Source: Phoronis australis (lineage: Eukaryota; Animalia; Phoronida). From it: a stretch of DNA of 64,000 bases. The stretch is from positions 1,047,552 through 1,111,551 of the forward strand of contig NMRA01000045.1 of NCBI GenBank assembly GCA_002633005.1, in the 5' to 3' direction. Below the pieces are notes generated by a model. The model worked only from the letters and a program-made list of their open reading frames with translations. It did no database searches and was not told the DNA's origin. Position numbers and translations under genes: made by a program. Below are positions 12,509 through 25,321 of this stretch, one piece after another (the first letter of the stretch is position 1; each line of letters begins with the position of its first letter).

Positions 12509-12673
12509 CAGGGGATAGCGCGAACGCAGTCCCCCACTATCACAAATTATGCACCCGAGTAACCCACATTTGGGGTTATCGCAGGCGTCAGCCCAATCGA
12601 AGTGCAATGAAAGGGCCTCTTCCTGGAGGTTCGGCCTAGCTGATCACCGAAAACCTCTGTGCCAGGTAAGTAT
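12509..12673 (-). ncRNA. U1: U1 spliceosomal snRNA (165 nt)
   Basis: 5' ATACTTACCTGG; loop II ATTGCACTTC; stem-loop III TAACCC-CAAATGT-GGGTTA; Sm site AATTTGTG; 3' stem GGGGGACTGCGTTCGCGCTATCCCCTG; compensatory changes in the helices relative to human U1. Confidence 0.98.
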
Positions 12674-12712
12674 GAGTTGAAGTTGTTGACTATTCATCAT
12701 ATTGCGAATTGT

Positions 12713-12733
12713 AGCTATACTAAACTGGTGTTA
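12713..12733 (-). promoter_or_regulatory. Putative proximal sequence element (PSE) of the U1 gene
   Basis: TAACACCAGTTTAGTATAGCT at -60 to -40, the canonical PSE position, loosely resembling insect PSEA. A 3'-box-like GTTAAAAGAAATGA lies just downstream of the gene (~12490-12503). Confidence 0.5.
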
Positions 12734-15700
12734 GAGCTCCATATTATGTCAAATTTATGTATCTTCATCGCGAGGATTACTTTTTTGTTGTTGCGCTGAG
12801 AAGATTACTCAGCCACACGTGTTTTAAAATTTTAAGGGTAATGGTGTTTTCGATTATCAATAATATTTATTTTTAACCAATAATCAACCCCAATTTCTGA
12901 GGTCGTAGTGTTGCGCCATCTTCTGGTGACCTAATTTTCCACAATCAACCGAGTGGTTTCAAACAACTTCATATTTTCACCCTGAACTTCATGTTAATTC
13001 ATTTGCCTAAATGGTAACGTCATGGTCTAAATCAAACTTGCATTTACTTATCTTCACGGGTTGCTCGATTACGCAATCCACCCAATGTTATATTGCGTGT
13101 GGCGCCGAAGTAACGTCGGGAGTGCTGCCTCTGACTTAAAAGATAACTCTCGGATCTGACACGCTTATTTCGTGAGCATAAGTTAGCGCAGTACTCTTTA
13201 GACGCTTGCCTTCATGTGAGGAATTCTCTGAAAACCATAGAGACAAGGTTCACAGTCAGAATTAAACATGTTTGTCGTATTTTGGAATTGTGACTTTTAA
13301 CCTCAGCCCGACGCCCAGTTCAGATCTCTAGACTGCAATCAAGCGAGCCCTAATAATAAGACCATGAAAGTATTCTGTGCAGTTCACTGACGCTGTTACA
13401 AAAGCAAGCCCTTATACGTGTAGAGATCCGATTGAACTAGACTGCCGCCGTTTCATAAAAGAATTTTATTTTTATGTTAAGCCTAATTATTAACCACTAT
13501 CTTTTATTTCTTACACGAATTATCTATAACATTAAACAAACCAAGTGATTTGCTTTGAAAGCAACGATTATAAACAAGTCATCCGACACACAGGACAAAT
13601 TTCGATAGCCAGTATATACATAATTTATGAAAATAGGCAAAACTGTAGGAGACAGCTTCATTTAACTAATGAATGTGTCTGGAAAGAATTAACTTTCTAA
13701 CCACTTGGTGAGTTTATAGGTAAGATTGTATAATTTTAACTACAAATCGGTTTATCAGCCCATGATAAAACTACATTTGTTTTAAAATCATTTGGCGATA
13801 TGTGTTTGATTTGTAGGAAGAAGGCTGGTATTAACAAATTTTGATTCAATCCCGTGATAAAATTTCGAAAAGCAATCAGATTGCCTTGAATCAGTGCGTC
13901 TGTTACCACACTGTCCTTTGGATTGGCCGACAACAGAAAGGGTGTGAACGAAACGCTTAATTTGTAAGGTATTTGTCAGTCGGTGATACTTCGCCACGGT
14001 AGGCCTAACGATTACTGAATAACAAACTTTTTAACGATCCAAGAAACCCTCACCGTCTGTCTAAAATCATCCTTTGATCCAGGCGTCCCCCTGTATCCAA
14101 TTTCAGTTCAAGCAATGTATGCATGAGAACGCGCCGACCGAAAGTGCAAATACAACGGCAGGTAATTGTCGGAAGCGGCTTTATATAGCGTATGAGTGAA
14201 AATTGATAAAGTTGACCCGCATTCAATTCGACCTTAATGTGAATGAAAAGAAAATGGACAAAAGACGCATAAAATAACTCAATTTGAAAATGCAGATTCA
14301 TGTAATTAAGGGTGACAGTTTCTTGCGCACAGTTGCGGTCCTTACAATAGCGCCACTCTCATGGGCCTATATTCGGAAAATTGCCAGAATACAGGCCAGT
14401 CGGGTCCACAGTTATGACTAATACTACGTTTTTTAAGGTTTCCCAAAATCAAGAGTGTCAGACAAAAACCAGGCCTTGTGAGAAATGGGATACACTACTT
14501 CAACACGCTTTACCTTTACTACATACTAAAACCTAGCGCTACCTTTAGAGCCGTAAGTCACTTTCCTAGACTCATGCATGGTCATCATTGCATGTCGATC
14601 TCGACGGCACATTTTCCGTTGATATCCGAAAGTTCACAGGGGTACTGAAAAATGTAAAAATGTAATATTTTCTGAATACACGCTTTGGGGATTATTATTA
14701 GAATTTCTCAGCACCACCAAGATTAGGTAATGTGCTGAACTTGCACTCAACCTTTCGCAAGTCATACTTTATTCATCACATTTGTGCGATACAATCCAAG
14801 TGAAAGTGGAAATTTTAATTTCAATAATTCAGTTTGATCCTTATTGATATTACGTTGTCGGATTTCACTTATTTTGATTTCCCTGCTGATACATGTATAA
14901 AACAAACGGTTTATCTTTCCAAAACTAGTGCCAGTTAGCGATCATGCTGCCAAATTTTCCTGGGATTTCTGGTAAAGCAAAGGTCGCCAGGATCCGTCCA
15001 TATGCGCTTTTTCAGAAATGAAATAAAAAAGGACCACAGGCGTGTTTTCGGGAACAAACAGCGACCGATAATGTTAAAAAGTTCGGTATTATTGTCACTT
15101 GTGTTAATATTTGTAGTTAAGTATAACCAAGATGAACTCTGAAAAAAATCAAGTGTTCTTTCTTTCTTGCCAAGTTCACGTACGTCGAAAGAACCTTTGA
15201 CATGAGGTGTTGAAATGACGTCAGGTGTGAATGCTTATAGAATTGACGTAAAATGAGCAAACTTGACAAGACATACCTACAACACGGTAATGAACCTATA
15301 CGAAGGCGTATACATCACTGTATTACTGGGTCAGTTCAAAGATATCAGTAGTGTATTTTACCTCCACTTTCCAAAGTTTATTAAAATTATCCTTTGCTGT
15401 TCAACTGTGGCGGCATGATTTACAATGATTAGTTGGGGTTAGATCGTGGGTTATTACTTTTTCCAAGGCCACTGCTTTGTCAAAAATTGTTTTCTGTATC
15501 TTTGTTAGCTACCTACAGGTTGCATTTTTATCCGATCACGGTGGAATTTATACAAAACATCTGTATCGTGAATAGCTCGTCAACTGAAGCCCGTTGTTTT
15601 TGTTGAAAATGAACACCAGATGGCGCTGTGGGGGCCATTTTTCACTTTTTTAGTTTGCGGAGACATGGCTCCGCTGTTTCTGATGTGATTATTTCTAATA

Positions 15701-16212
15701 CTTTCTGTGGATGGATCATTTCAAGGGTTATCGCATTCGTGCCTTTTGTTTATTTTCTAGGACTCAGTCCAGTTATCCGAGATTTTTCCGAGGACAGGTC
15801 TTCATTAATTGAATATTTGTGTCGTATCTTCGGCGTGTTTTGACGGATTTGTCTGAAATTCCCTAGGTGGATAGATATTTTCAAGCGCTATCTGAACTAT
15901 GAAACAGTTTCACGCTGCAACTTACCGTGCTGGACTGTTCTTTTATTGCCGACATAGGTATAGTTACACTTTGCTAGTCTATCGTATTTGTGTAAGGGAA
16001 CGCAATTTCCGTCAGACGATTTGACCGACATTAAATTTACGAACAGTATTTATCTAGTCATTATCAAAAAAATTGTGTTTTGAGACGAAATCGTATACAA
16101 CATGGCGCTGCGACGGTCATTTTTCGAATTATGTTTGCGGAGCTCTTTGACCGAACTTTTTCACACCTGGTATGTAAATAGAACTCTTCACCGGTTTGTA
16201 TTGGAAATTCCT

Positions 16213-16265
16213 CCGACCGGGACTCGAAGGTCCTGGGTTCGAGTACAGGTCGAGGGCAGAAATAT
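16213..16265 (+). repeat. Truncated tRNA-derived SINE head, tentative
   Basis: B-box-like GGTTCGAGTAC preceded by gaaggtcctg; no A box or cloverleaf. Confidence 0.3.
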
Positions 16266-17039
16266 TTACGGACATATGTTCATTAGGTCACGTGATGTGA
16301 CCAAAAAGATGGCGGATTGAATGGGATAAACTGCTTTCAAAATTTAATATTGCTGTTTTCAGTTGTTTTCATAAAAATTCATTTGTGCAATATCTACAGG
16401 TTGCCCAGATGCCGTTTTTTTGTTAATTCGAAGTAGGACTACTATCATATAGAGTATTTATCTATAACCGTGATATAAAATTTTAAAATTGAAAAGTTTA
16501 CCTTGTTTAAGAGCCCGGTAGTTCGTGTTGTTAACAGTATGCAGTATACATGTATTTGCCAATTGCCCCGCTCTTGGAGGTCTGTCCTACTTTTTAAACA
16601 AAATTCTGCCATACCGCCACACGTTTCATGGGTTTTTACGGCAACCGCAATTTCCCATTCAACTATTAAAGAACAATTAAGAGCGCAGTCGTTCATTTTT
16701 TAGTGTTACATATCCCGTTAGACAAAAACGCTGTCGGCGCGTCTTTACGTGTAGCAGCGAACAGGCACCCTCACGTTTTGGCTTAGACACAGATGTCCCG
16801 CTTTTTAACCGGGAGTTCCGCTTTTCAATCCAGTTGTTCCGTTTTTTCGTTCTTGAATGTTGATTAAGCAACAGCTGCTCAAAATAACATTGTCTCTTTT
16901 TATGAATAATATTATTTCCAGAATCCACTATCTTTATTAACATAGCAATTGTTAAAATGTGTCCCAATGTCTCATGTTTACGGTAACACACACTAACTTT
17001 TATTTTCGGCGTCGTGGAGGAGAGCTATTAAAATCTTTC

Positions 17040-18430
17040 GAATTGCTCGAATTTGACGTTCCCAAATATCGCCCATATGGCTAGCTGAAGGGGAGTTGAA
17101 GGTCCAGCTGATGCTTTCGCCAAGTAGAAAAGTCGTCACTTTGTGAGTGTCAGTATTCTTAAAAGCGTCACAAAGTTCACTATGTGCGCCAACAAAGTTC
17201 TTGCCGTTATATGAAAAGATGTGACGAATGCATCCAGCTGCGAGTGATAAATCGACGCAACGCGTTAATGAAGGAGCTCGTGTCGAGCAGATTCGCAGTC
17301 TCCAAATGCACAGCGCGGTTAGACATGCATGTGAATATTACGCCACAACGTGTCATGTTTTTGCGTACTTCCCTGATGGTGAATGGTCCGAAATAGTCGA
17401 CACCTCTAAACAGTAAACGGTGGCTCGTTAGATATCCTTGCAGGAGGCAAATCGGCCATCTGCTGACCAGACTGGAGCCTGTAGTCGTCAACAACGAACA
17501 CATTGAGACAACACCAGACGAACTGCAGCATTACAGTACCTCTCACGTGAAGCAGCAATAACGTGCAGTGATAATACCGAATGACAAGAGGGGTGACATG
17601 ACACGTCTCAACGTCTTTCAATTTTCGAACATTGGAGGGTTTTGCACACCAGGATTCGTCGAGCGCTGAGTCCTTCTGACGATGTCGCTTCAATCGGAGG
17701 TTAAGGGTGAACGCTTTCTTCAAAGCAAACCAGTCTAAATAGTGCCTAAAAGGGAAGGCAACCATTTTTTCGTGTGAGAGATGTGATTACCGCCGAAACA
17801 CCCGAAACACAAACGTTTCTCTTTCAACAAGGCTTTTCCATGAAACAGGTCAGTTGTCAAGATTATGATGCTTTTGATATAATGAACACGTTGCTGAGCT
17901 TCCATCAAATGTGGAAGAGAGGTCGTCTTGACGTAGTATCGCGTCGCTTGCAAAGCTGCTGGTACGGCGATCTCTGGGCTGATGGTCATACTTAGGTGCG
18001 GAGGTAATCGCTGAATGTAACTGCTGAGAAAGCGCTTCTTTTCCAAACACAGGATAACACGCTGCTTCAGTCGTCTGCTGAACAAATGTGACGAGGTCAG
18101 CAAAGGCAGGCGAATGACACGAAAGCTCGAGAGAAGCCACTCCGGCTCTTGTACCAGTCAGTCTGCATATAACTGGGCAATTTTTCACAATAGCTTGCAT
18201 ATTTGGCATGTAATTCAGTACTTCTAAATTGGGTATACCAACCATGGCATGCAGGCATCGTTGTAGAAATACGTCAAGCTCTTTTACATTTGTTATTTAG
18301 TCGTACGGCAAGCCGAGAATGTATGTGAGATAGGCGTTTGCAACCTTAAATTGGGGGTCTCCGTATTCCTTGTGTATTAATTCTTTTGCTGCGTTATAGC
18401 CATCCCACGGGTTCATGCAAATACAAACGT
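17040..18430 (-). mobile_element. Internally deleted BEL/Pao LTR retrotransposon remnant (gag + integrase)
   Basis: Gag: YNAAKELIHKEYGDP, CSLYQKHHNLD, KEKRLCFGCFGGNHIS. Integrase: QQMADLPPARI..EPPFT, GVDYFGPF, GVIFTCMSNRAVHLE, DTSSFINALRRFI. Confidence 0.9.
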
Positions 18431-19039
18431 TTTGGATAATACAACGATGATAATGATTACCGCACTTACAATTTGTATTGGCTAGAAATCTTTTGAATCA
18501 TTAAAATCATTTCCTTAATGGCTTAACTAGTCTGGTTCATTTCCTTGTTTATATTACTATTACACGTTGTTACTTTTTACGTTATGGTGACACTCTTGGT
18601 TTTTATAATTAAAAATATTTTAAATTAGTCAGGTATGGGAAATGATAATGAATTAAATTATTTATCTTTTGTTTCGGGTATTATCATCAACAACTGACAA
18701 AGGCGTTCTAATGATAAGGTTATTATGCAATTCGGTTGAAAAACGGCGGAATTGCGAAAATGACAGTAAATTCTATTGCAAGTACATACACCGGAACAAA
18801 CAAATGCAAACAACTCTCACGCATGCGCAGCGCAACCTCAGAGAGATCAGAGTTGGCGTTCCTGGGCTAGACTTCTGTGATTTCATGCACTTGAAAAACC
18901 AGCAGTAAGCTATACACCAACAACCACGAACAATTGGAAGTGTTCATACGGATATGCAAAAGAACCCACACTCTAAAAAAGATACAAAAACGCTGTCGGC
19001 CCTTTCTGCATTCTTGAGAAAAGGTGTTAGATTCACGCC

Positions 19040-19520
19040 TCTTAGCGCATCCTTCTCATAAGAGCAACCAATTTAGACGCTATCAATGCCATAAGTATTA
19101 CAGAACGACAAACAAAATGGGTCCGAGTCTTTAGTTCAAAGGTTCTATAGTGCAAAGCTTCAGTCAATTTTACTCCTGTTCTTTCATTATTTTTTCTTTT
19201 CAAGACTATCCTCGACGGAAAAATGAAGATTTTGTTATTTTCTTGCAAAATTGTAAACGATCAGGGCTTCCACGCCTAAACTTGTTACGTTATGAACGTT
19301 TTTACTACGTTTACAGGTTTGCTGCAGTATTTACCCAAGAGGTCAGCGTCTCACCAACCACACCAAAGATGTGCGGTTTGCCCTAGCCAGAAGAAACGCG
19401 CGAGTAGTCGTGTTTCTTTGGGCTACACCGTCAGGCGTACTGTGAAACGAACCTTCCGAATGCGAAATCTTTTGTGGCCTTTGTCACCTCTGAACTTGAC
19501 CAAAAAGTTATTGCAGTTAT
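19040..19520 (+). mobile_element. Possible piggyBac transposase 3' remnant
   Basis: NKMG (cf. YN..MGGVD) at ~19111 and a Cys-rich tail RCAVC...ECEIFCGLC at ~19368-19485; very degenerate. Confidence 0.25.
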
Positions 19521-20277
19521 AACGTGAAGATGACAACGCTATCAGAACGAGTACCTACCAAATGGTGCGCCGATGATATGGAGGTAGCTGCCGATGATGC
19601 CGCGGATGGAAACATCATTGACCTGCCATCGATGGAGAACTTGGACGAGGAACTACGACCTTGGAAACTGAAATTTGCCTGAGTACCGGAAGAGGAACCT
19701 TCATCATATTTGAGGCAGTGTAATCGAGATTTGTTTTAAATATCCACACGGGCGCATACTACCAATAGCTATCTGCGAATGCGAACGCAATCCCCTTCAG
19801 AAGGTTGAGAAACTTGATGTGAGCTCATCTGCTCATTGGCTATGGCGAATTCGCCACGGTGTTTTGCCAAGAGAAACTTATAAAATAGAACTGGACAGTA
19901 TTATTTTTGAATTAAAGCACTCTTTCTCAGATGACTTGGATTCCTGTTAGTGAGTAAAAATTACAAGCCCAATAAGTCTTAGTTCGAAATTGTGTCTACA
20001 GCTGATTTATGTAGCCTTTGACGCCAGTGAAAATTTTCATAATTTTTTGAAATTCAGCACCTCCTCATAGATAAGCTAGCTGCGTGCATGTACGTGTAGA
20101 CTGAATTAAATTAGACAGTAACAGTTGAATAATGGTAACCAGGGTGAATAAACCGGGCAACCCCTGTGCTATCTTCTGTTACAGCGCTACCTATGTGGAA
20201 TTTTCGCCCGGTGAAAAGATGATGAACGACACTCGAGGAATTCCGTGTGTGGGCACCAGTGCGCATGTCCTGGTTTG

Positions 20278-20584
20278 TATGATGCGCCAGAGGATTCTAA
20301 AACGAGTGCATTTTTACGCGTTGAAATGTGCTTAACTACACGTATTTTTGCTTAATCTACGTGTACTTTTGCTTAACTTATGTGTGCTTTTGTTTAATCC
20401 ACGCGTATTTTTAGTTCTTAAACGACCATTGTTCTGCTCTTAATCAAACAATTTGAGAGCACGGGCGTGATTGGACTATATGAACTGATTAAAAGTACGC
20501 AGAGATTAAGCAAAAATACGCGTAGATGAAGCACGTTTTTACTTGCAGAAAGGTACTCGTTTAAGAACCCTTTGGTGCTTCATA
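20278..20584. mobile_element. MITE/foldback element with ~90-bp imperfect terminal inverted repeats
   Basis: Left arm tatgatgcgccagaggattctaaaacgagtgc...tttttgcttaatctacgtgtactttt matches the reverse complement of 20491-20584; internal ~22-bp subrepeats. Confidence 0.8.
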
Positions 20585-23500
20585 GGTTTGGGCGTCTGAC
20601 GTGTACATATGGTGCAGGAATTAGCCGGAAAAGTATAGTGAATCGTTTCGTTGATTTGTTTTACGTCATGTAAAGTTGCCTATGTCACAAAACACAAAGT
20701 TGTGTGGAATATATCGATTGAAACTATTCTTGTGTTTGCATCAACTGTGAGCCACAAAGACAATTCTCGATAGATGGAGCCGTATACTGATGCGTTTATC
20801 AACAACAATCAAACGCAAAGTTCGAATGTTATTTTCTAGTTAGTCGGAATGTCCAAATGTTATTTAGTTCTGTTGACCAAAGAGCAGACATGCTAATGTT
20901 CAATACACAATGCTACCTTCCCTAGTACTGGGAAAACGATGTGGTTCGCATGCGTGGGAGCAGTCGGGCAATACGTACACGTTCCAAGGGTGGGCTGTGG
21001 AGCCGCGCAATACAGACCACGAGCGGGTTAGTGGAGGGCGGGCAATACCGCCGCGAAATGGGGAGCATGGTGAAATTTAGGATCGAAAGAATGTAATGAC
21101 TTTTCCTGCAGGGATCTTCATCCCATGCTATCAAATTTACAGCACCGGTTTCGCATCTTAAAATGCATCAAGCACAAATCGATGCTATTTTGGACCCGCC
21201 ACAACAAAAGCAAGTGAACGTCGCTTGCAAATGTGCTGGGCATCTGCCGGACATTGGCCCACTTAATCAGAACATCGAGCGATCGCCAGGGGATCTCGAA
21301 CAGCGTCACCTTCTGATCTGCCGCCGCCCCGAGACTGAGAAACCAACCGGTTGGGCGTTTGAATATTAAACTTTGCCCGTTAGCGTACCGATAGGTAGTT
21401 CTTTGCGCAGACGCCTGGCCTTACACACCTGATGATCAACCAACATCGTTAGACTGCTGCCCGGTATGAGTACTTATTGAGGTCGGAAGCTTTAAAGCTT
21501 TAAACTATAGTTTTGCGCAGAAATAATCGTTTCTAAATTATATGTTTTTTCAATGAAACACGAAGTATTGCCACATTTTGCGTTAATATCAATTCACTTT
21601 TCTGTTTTTCCAAAAATAGTACGAGTACTTCGTTATGAAATTTAGCAGCCCTGTACGAATTATGTTGTGTCTCGGATGCGAGAAAAATTAGTCTCGGCAA
21701 AACTAACCGTTTTCGTTTATTTTTTTAGTAGATGTGATGTGTCATATATTTAAGTGTTGCTTATGGGCTTAAATGAACAAGAAACTGTCAGTTTATCCCA
21801 ATGACAATTTCCAATTTAAGTAAAGAATTTTGGAGGCCTCAGTCAAAAGTATTTTTTTATTGAAGACGGGTCCACAGCTCCATAATGGTAATGATGCCCT
21901 TTTAAATATGCATAATAAGCGTCTGTATCAATGTTAAAGTCGCCAATCAACGCCATGTTTTTCTTTTATTTCTTTTAAAGAAAGAGTTCTCAGACACTTC
22001 GTTGACAAATCGCAAACAACTCGCCCACGGCTAAACATCACGTGAACCTTCCCGGCAGTTTGACTTTAGAGAGGGCGCTAGCAGCAGAAATGAAAGCGCC
22101 AACGGCAACGGGTTCTTAACTAAATGTCGTCAGTGATGCTGTTATTAAGGCATCGATTGCGTGGACAGACTGTCTTGACTTCATAACCACTCGAAGACGC
22201 TGAGCTCGCCTGCACCGCTGATTCTAAGGTAAAGTGCTTTTCCGTTGTTTTAAGATATTTGTCCCTGAACATATGCCGCAAAAGATATAATTGTCGCAAG
22301 CCTATTATTTTTACACTGGAATATGATCCTACCTCGCAGTCACCTGGTGAGGATTTAATGATTAGTCTACACTAAAATGTGCGTTCATCTGTTGTAACTG
22401 AAGTCGCACAATGTCTTAAAGTTTAACTCTTAATTACTTAGATCGACAAGTAGAACGTATAGTGTTTGCTGCAATAGCAATATAGGAAGAAATTCGATCT
22501 ACTTTTCTTGTTCTGGGAATTGTGCCGTCTTTTTAGAAAAGTCGAAGCTTTTAACGACTAAAACAGGTTGTTGGTAAATGACTTGGAACTTTGTTATTGA
22601 GTGCGCTAAAACAATATTTGGGCTTATAGCAGGCTGTTTCGCGTCTTCAAGCGCATTCCTTAAATGAACATGAAGTGTATAAATTGATTAAAAAACGATC
22701 GGTTTTAGCAGATAGATATCAACTGAGAAGTGTTCAGGATATATCACACGAAACACCGAAATCTATAACTTAAGAAGCACTGGGTAAAATAGCATCCGTT
22801 ATAACAGCCAGTGGTACCTTTCCAAGTTTTATACCAGCTTAGATCATGGTAGAATGAAACTCTGGATGTGTGGAGTGACTATTATTACGATTGTCTTATA
22901 ACTGTAATGAAAAGCATAGAGAAGGATGGACTACAATAAACCGAACAGATGTTTTACAACAAAAAATGTGACGTGAGACAGTCCAGAGAAAACACTTCAA
23001 AATAAGTAATTTATCACTTAAGCGAACAAGAGTTAAGTTCCGGAATAATAAGCCACTCAATTATGTTACATCTAGGATGAATCTAACAGGAGCTTGTTTT
23101 TGGGTGTTAAATGGTTTCAAAACTGCTTTGCCTAATAGCAGGGCATACGTTATTGTAGTGACTGGGAATTTGCGATAATAACTATCACGGTGTAAATTCG
23201 GAAAATATCATTTATTACCATTTCTAATACCCCCTGCGTACTTTCGTAAACGAGGGGTCCAGAAACGGAAATATGACTGACAGAGCCTCATGGAATGATG
23301 ACCAATATGCATAGATAACTTAAGCTGAATTTAGCCCTGTTTTTGGTGGTTAAAACGAATATCGAATTAGGCCTTTGTTCTCATTATATTCCTTACGCGA
23401 TAGGATTCTATTTCCCTTATGAACAAAAACATGGAAACCACAAGCGACTTAAGAAAATCCTTCAGAGTTAACTGAGGTTGGCCAATCTTAAAATTCCGAA

Positions 23501-23952
23501 TTCGAAAATGACGCATGCAACCATTGCTTGTAACTGGCTTGGTAACGAAAATGAAACGTGTGTATGAGAAAGAATGTTTTAGTTCGTTTTTCTTGAGAAA
23601 GTTTACAACATGTGGAAAATTCTCATTGTGTCTCCGATGGGCATAGTATTCGAGCAATCTTCTGAATAAAGGATTACAGTCGTACATGTATGTGCAAATA
23701 TAATTTATTCAAAGTTGGTGGCTCCGAGTTTCGTGAATGACACGGCTAGAATTCAAATTAAATCGAACGTTTTGCATATTATGCATCGACAGGAATCGTG
23801 ATCTTTGCATGCGCGCACCCAGCTTAAAAATGGGGGCTTCGAATCTTTGACAATGAACCTTTTACTTAGATTCACGGGGTACATTGAGAGCTTTGAACTG
23901 TGTACTTGCCGAATATTGGTTGTTCCTGCCTTTTTAGTGGACTTATGTCTCA

Positions 23953-24062
23953 TTTTCTACTTTTTTCGGAGTTTTTGATTCTCTGAAGCGGACCTTTTGC
24001 CTATTTTGCTAAATGAAGCGCTCGTTTGAGCCCCCTGAGCCCCTCCCCTGGGTGTGCGCATG
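23953..24062 (+). repeat. End of a non-autonomous DNA transposon, second copy at 26775-26907
   Basis: Both copies share tctctgaagcggacctttt-gcc..ttttgctaaatga..ccc..cccctgggtg. Confidence 0.6.
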
Positions 24063-25321
24063 AAGGATGATCATAACTGGAACTTGGAGGCGATTACACA
24101 GAGAGTGTTTCCAGCCCTTGACAACATGAGGTCAAATAGTTAACTGAACACTGATCTTTGTGGACAAACTAGAATGAATTACACAACTCACGGAAACCCT
24201 GCAATTAATTGCAATTACTTTATCCACGTGCATAATTGTGTCTGCATTAATTGTGTCCGTTAGGGGGAGCATTCGAAATGAATAATGTCAAACTATATAT
24301 TTTTTATGAATTATAAGTTAATTTATGATGAACTGAAGGGCACCTTGATTTTATTGACACGAAAACATGGGTGCAGCTATCAAGGTGATTTACATGATAT
24401 GTCCCTTCAGGCAGTTACGAATAGAAACAAACATTTGAACAATGGTGGACATTATTTGCATAAATTATGCAAATTTATTATACAACAGTCTACAGACTGA
24501 TTTAATTAAATTATTTGACCACTGAAGTGTGGGCGAGAATATCGATATCATTTGGCTGTGGGGCTTTTTATCCTTGCTATAAGCACAAGTAGATTTTTAA
24601 ATGATAGCGACCTTAATTTGCTGGGCACTAGGCTATGAGAGAGTCAACAAACAACGGTGAAAGTGTAACAAAGGCTGTACCAAGGTGATGATCAAAAGGT
24701 GGAATGCTCTACAGTCACGGCTTGAGAAACTTGTTTGCAGCAGATGCCATTTCTAATTGTTGTGCACGTGAACAAAAGATGGATTTCTGTTATAATAGAA
24801 AAGAAAAGAAATTGATAAGGATGCAAGCTTTGTTCCAAAGCTTGACCCTAAGAACCACTGACGTGCTTCTATCTGCAAAAACACTGTGGACACTCTTCAG
24901 GCTTAGGAATGCCACCGACCTTGGCTTGAATGACTGTGATGCAGTCATGCAACCTTTTGTTGGATTTTTAAAATTATGCTCCTCGCACTGAGGTCTGTTT
25001 CATCATGAAGGGCAACTTAAGACACGTCACATAACAATAACTAAATCTCAGTTTTGAAAACGAACAAAGTGTCTGCAATTATGCCCATAACTGCTATTTC
25101 TGAGGAAATGAGTAAATTATTTCCTAGCAGTGAGGTGCTAATAACTGTACGACTAAACCTTTATTTCGTAATAGTGAAACAGGAGCATACTGTACGTCTT
25201 TAGACACTTTTCCTGAAGCAAGTAATAATGCCACGCATTTGATAAAGCCATAAATATATGCTTTATTTAGGTCCTTCTGTTGTAAGGGTTTGATCCAGTT
25301 TTAAAGAAGCTATTTGCAATA

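Noticed and set aside
23367-23953. W...CRCIICK zinc-finger-like peptide, possible hAT remnant
   Set aside because: Too little additional motif support to call.
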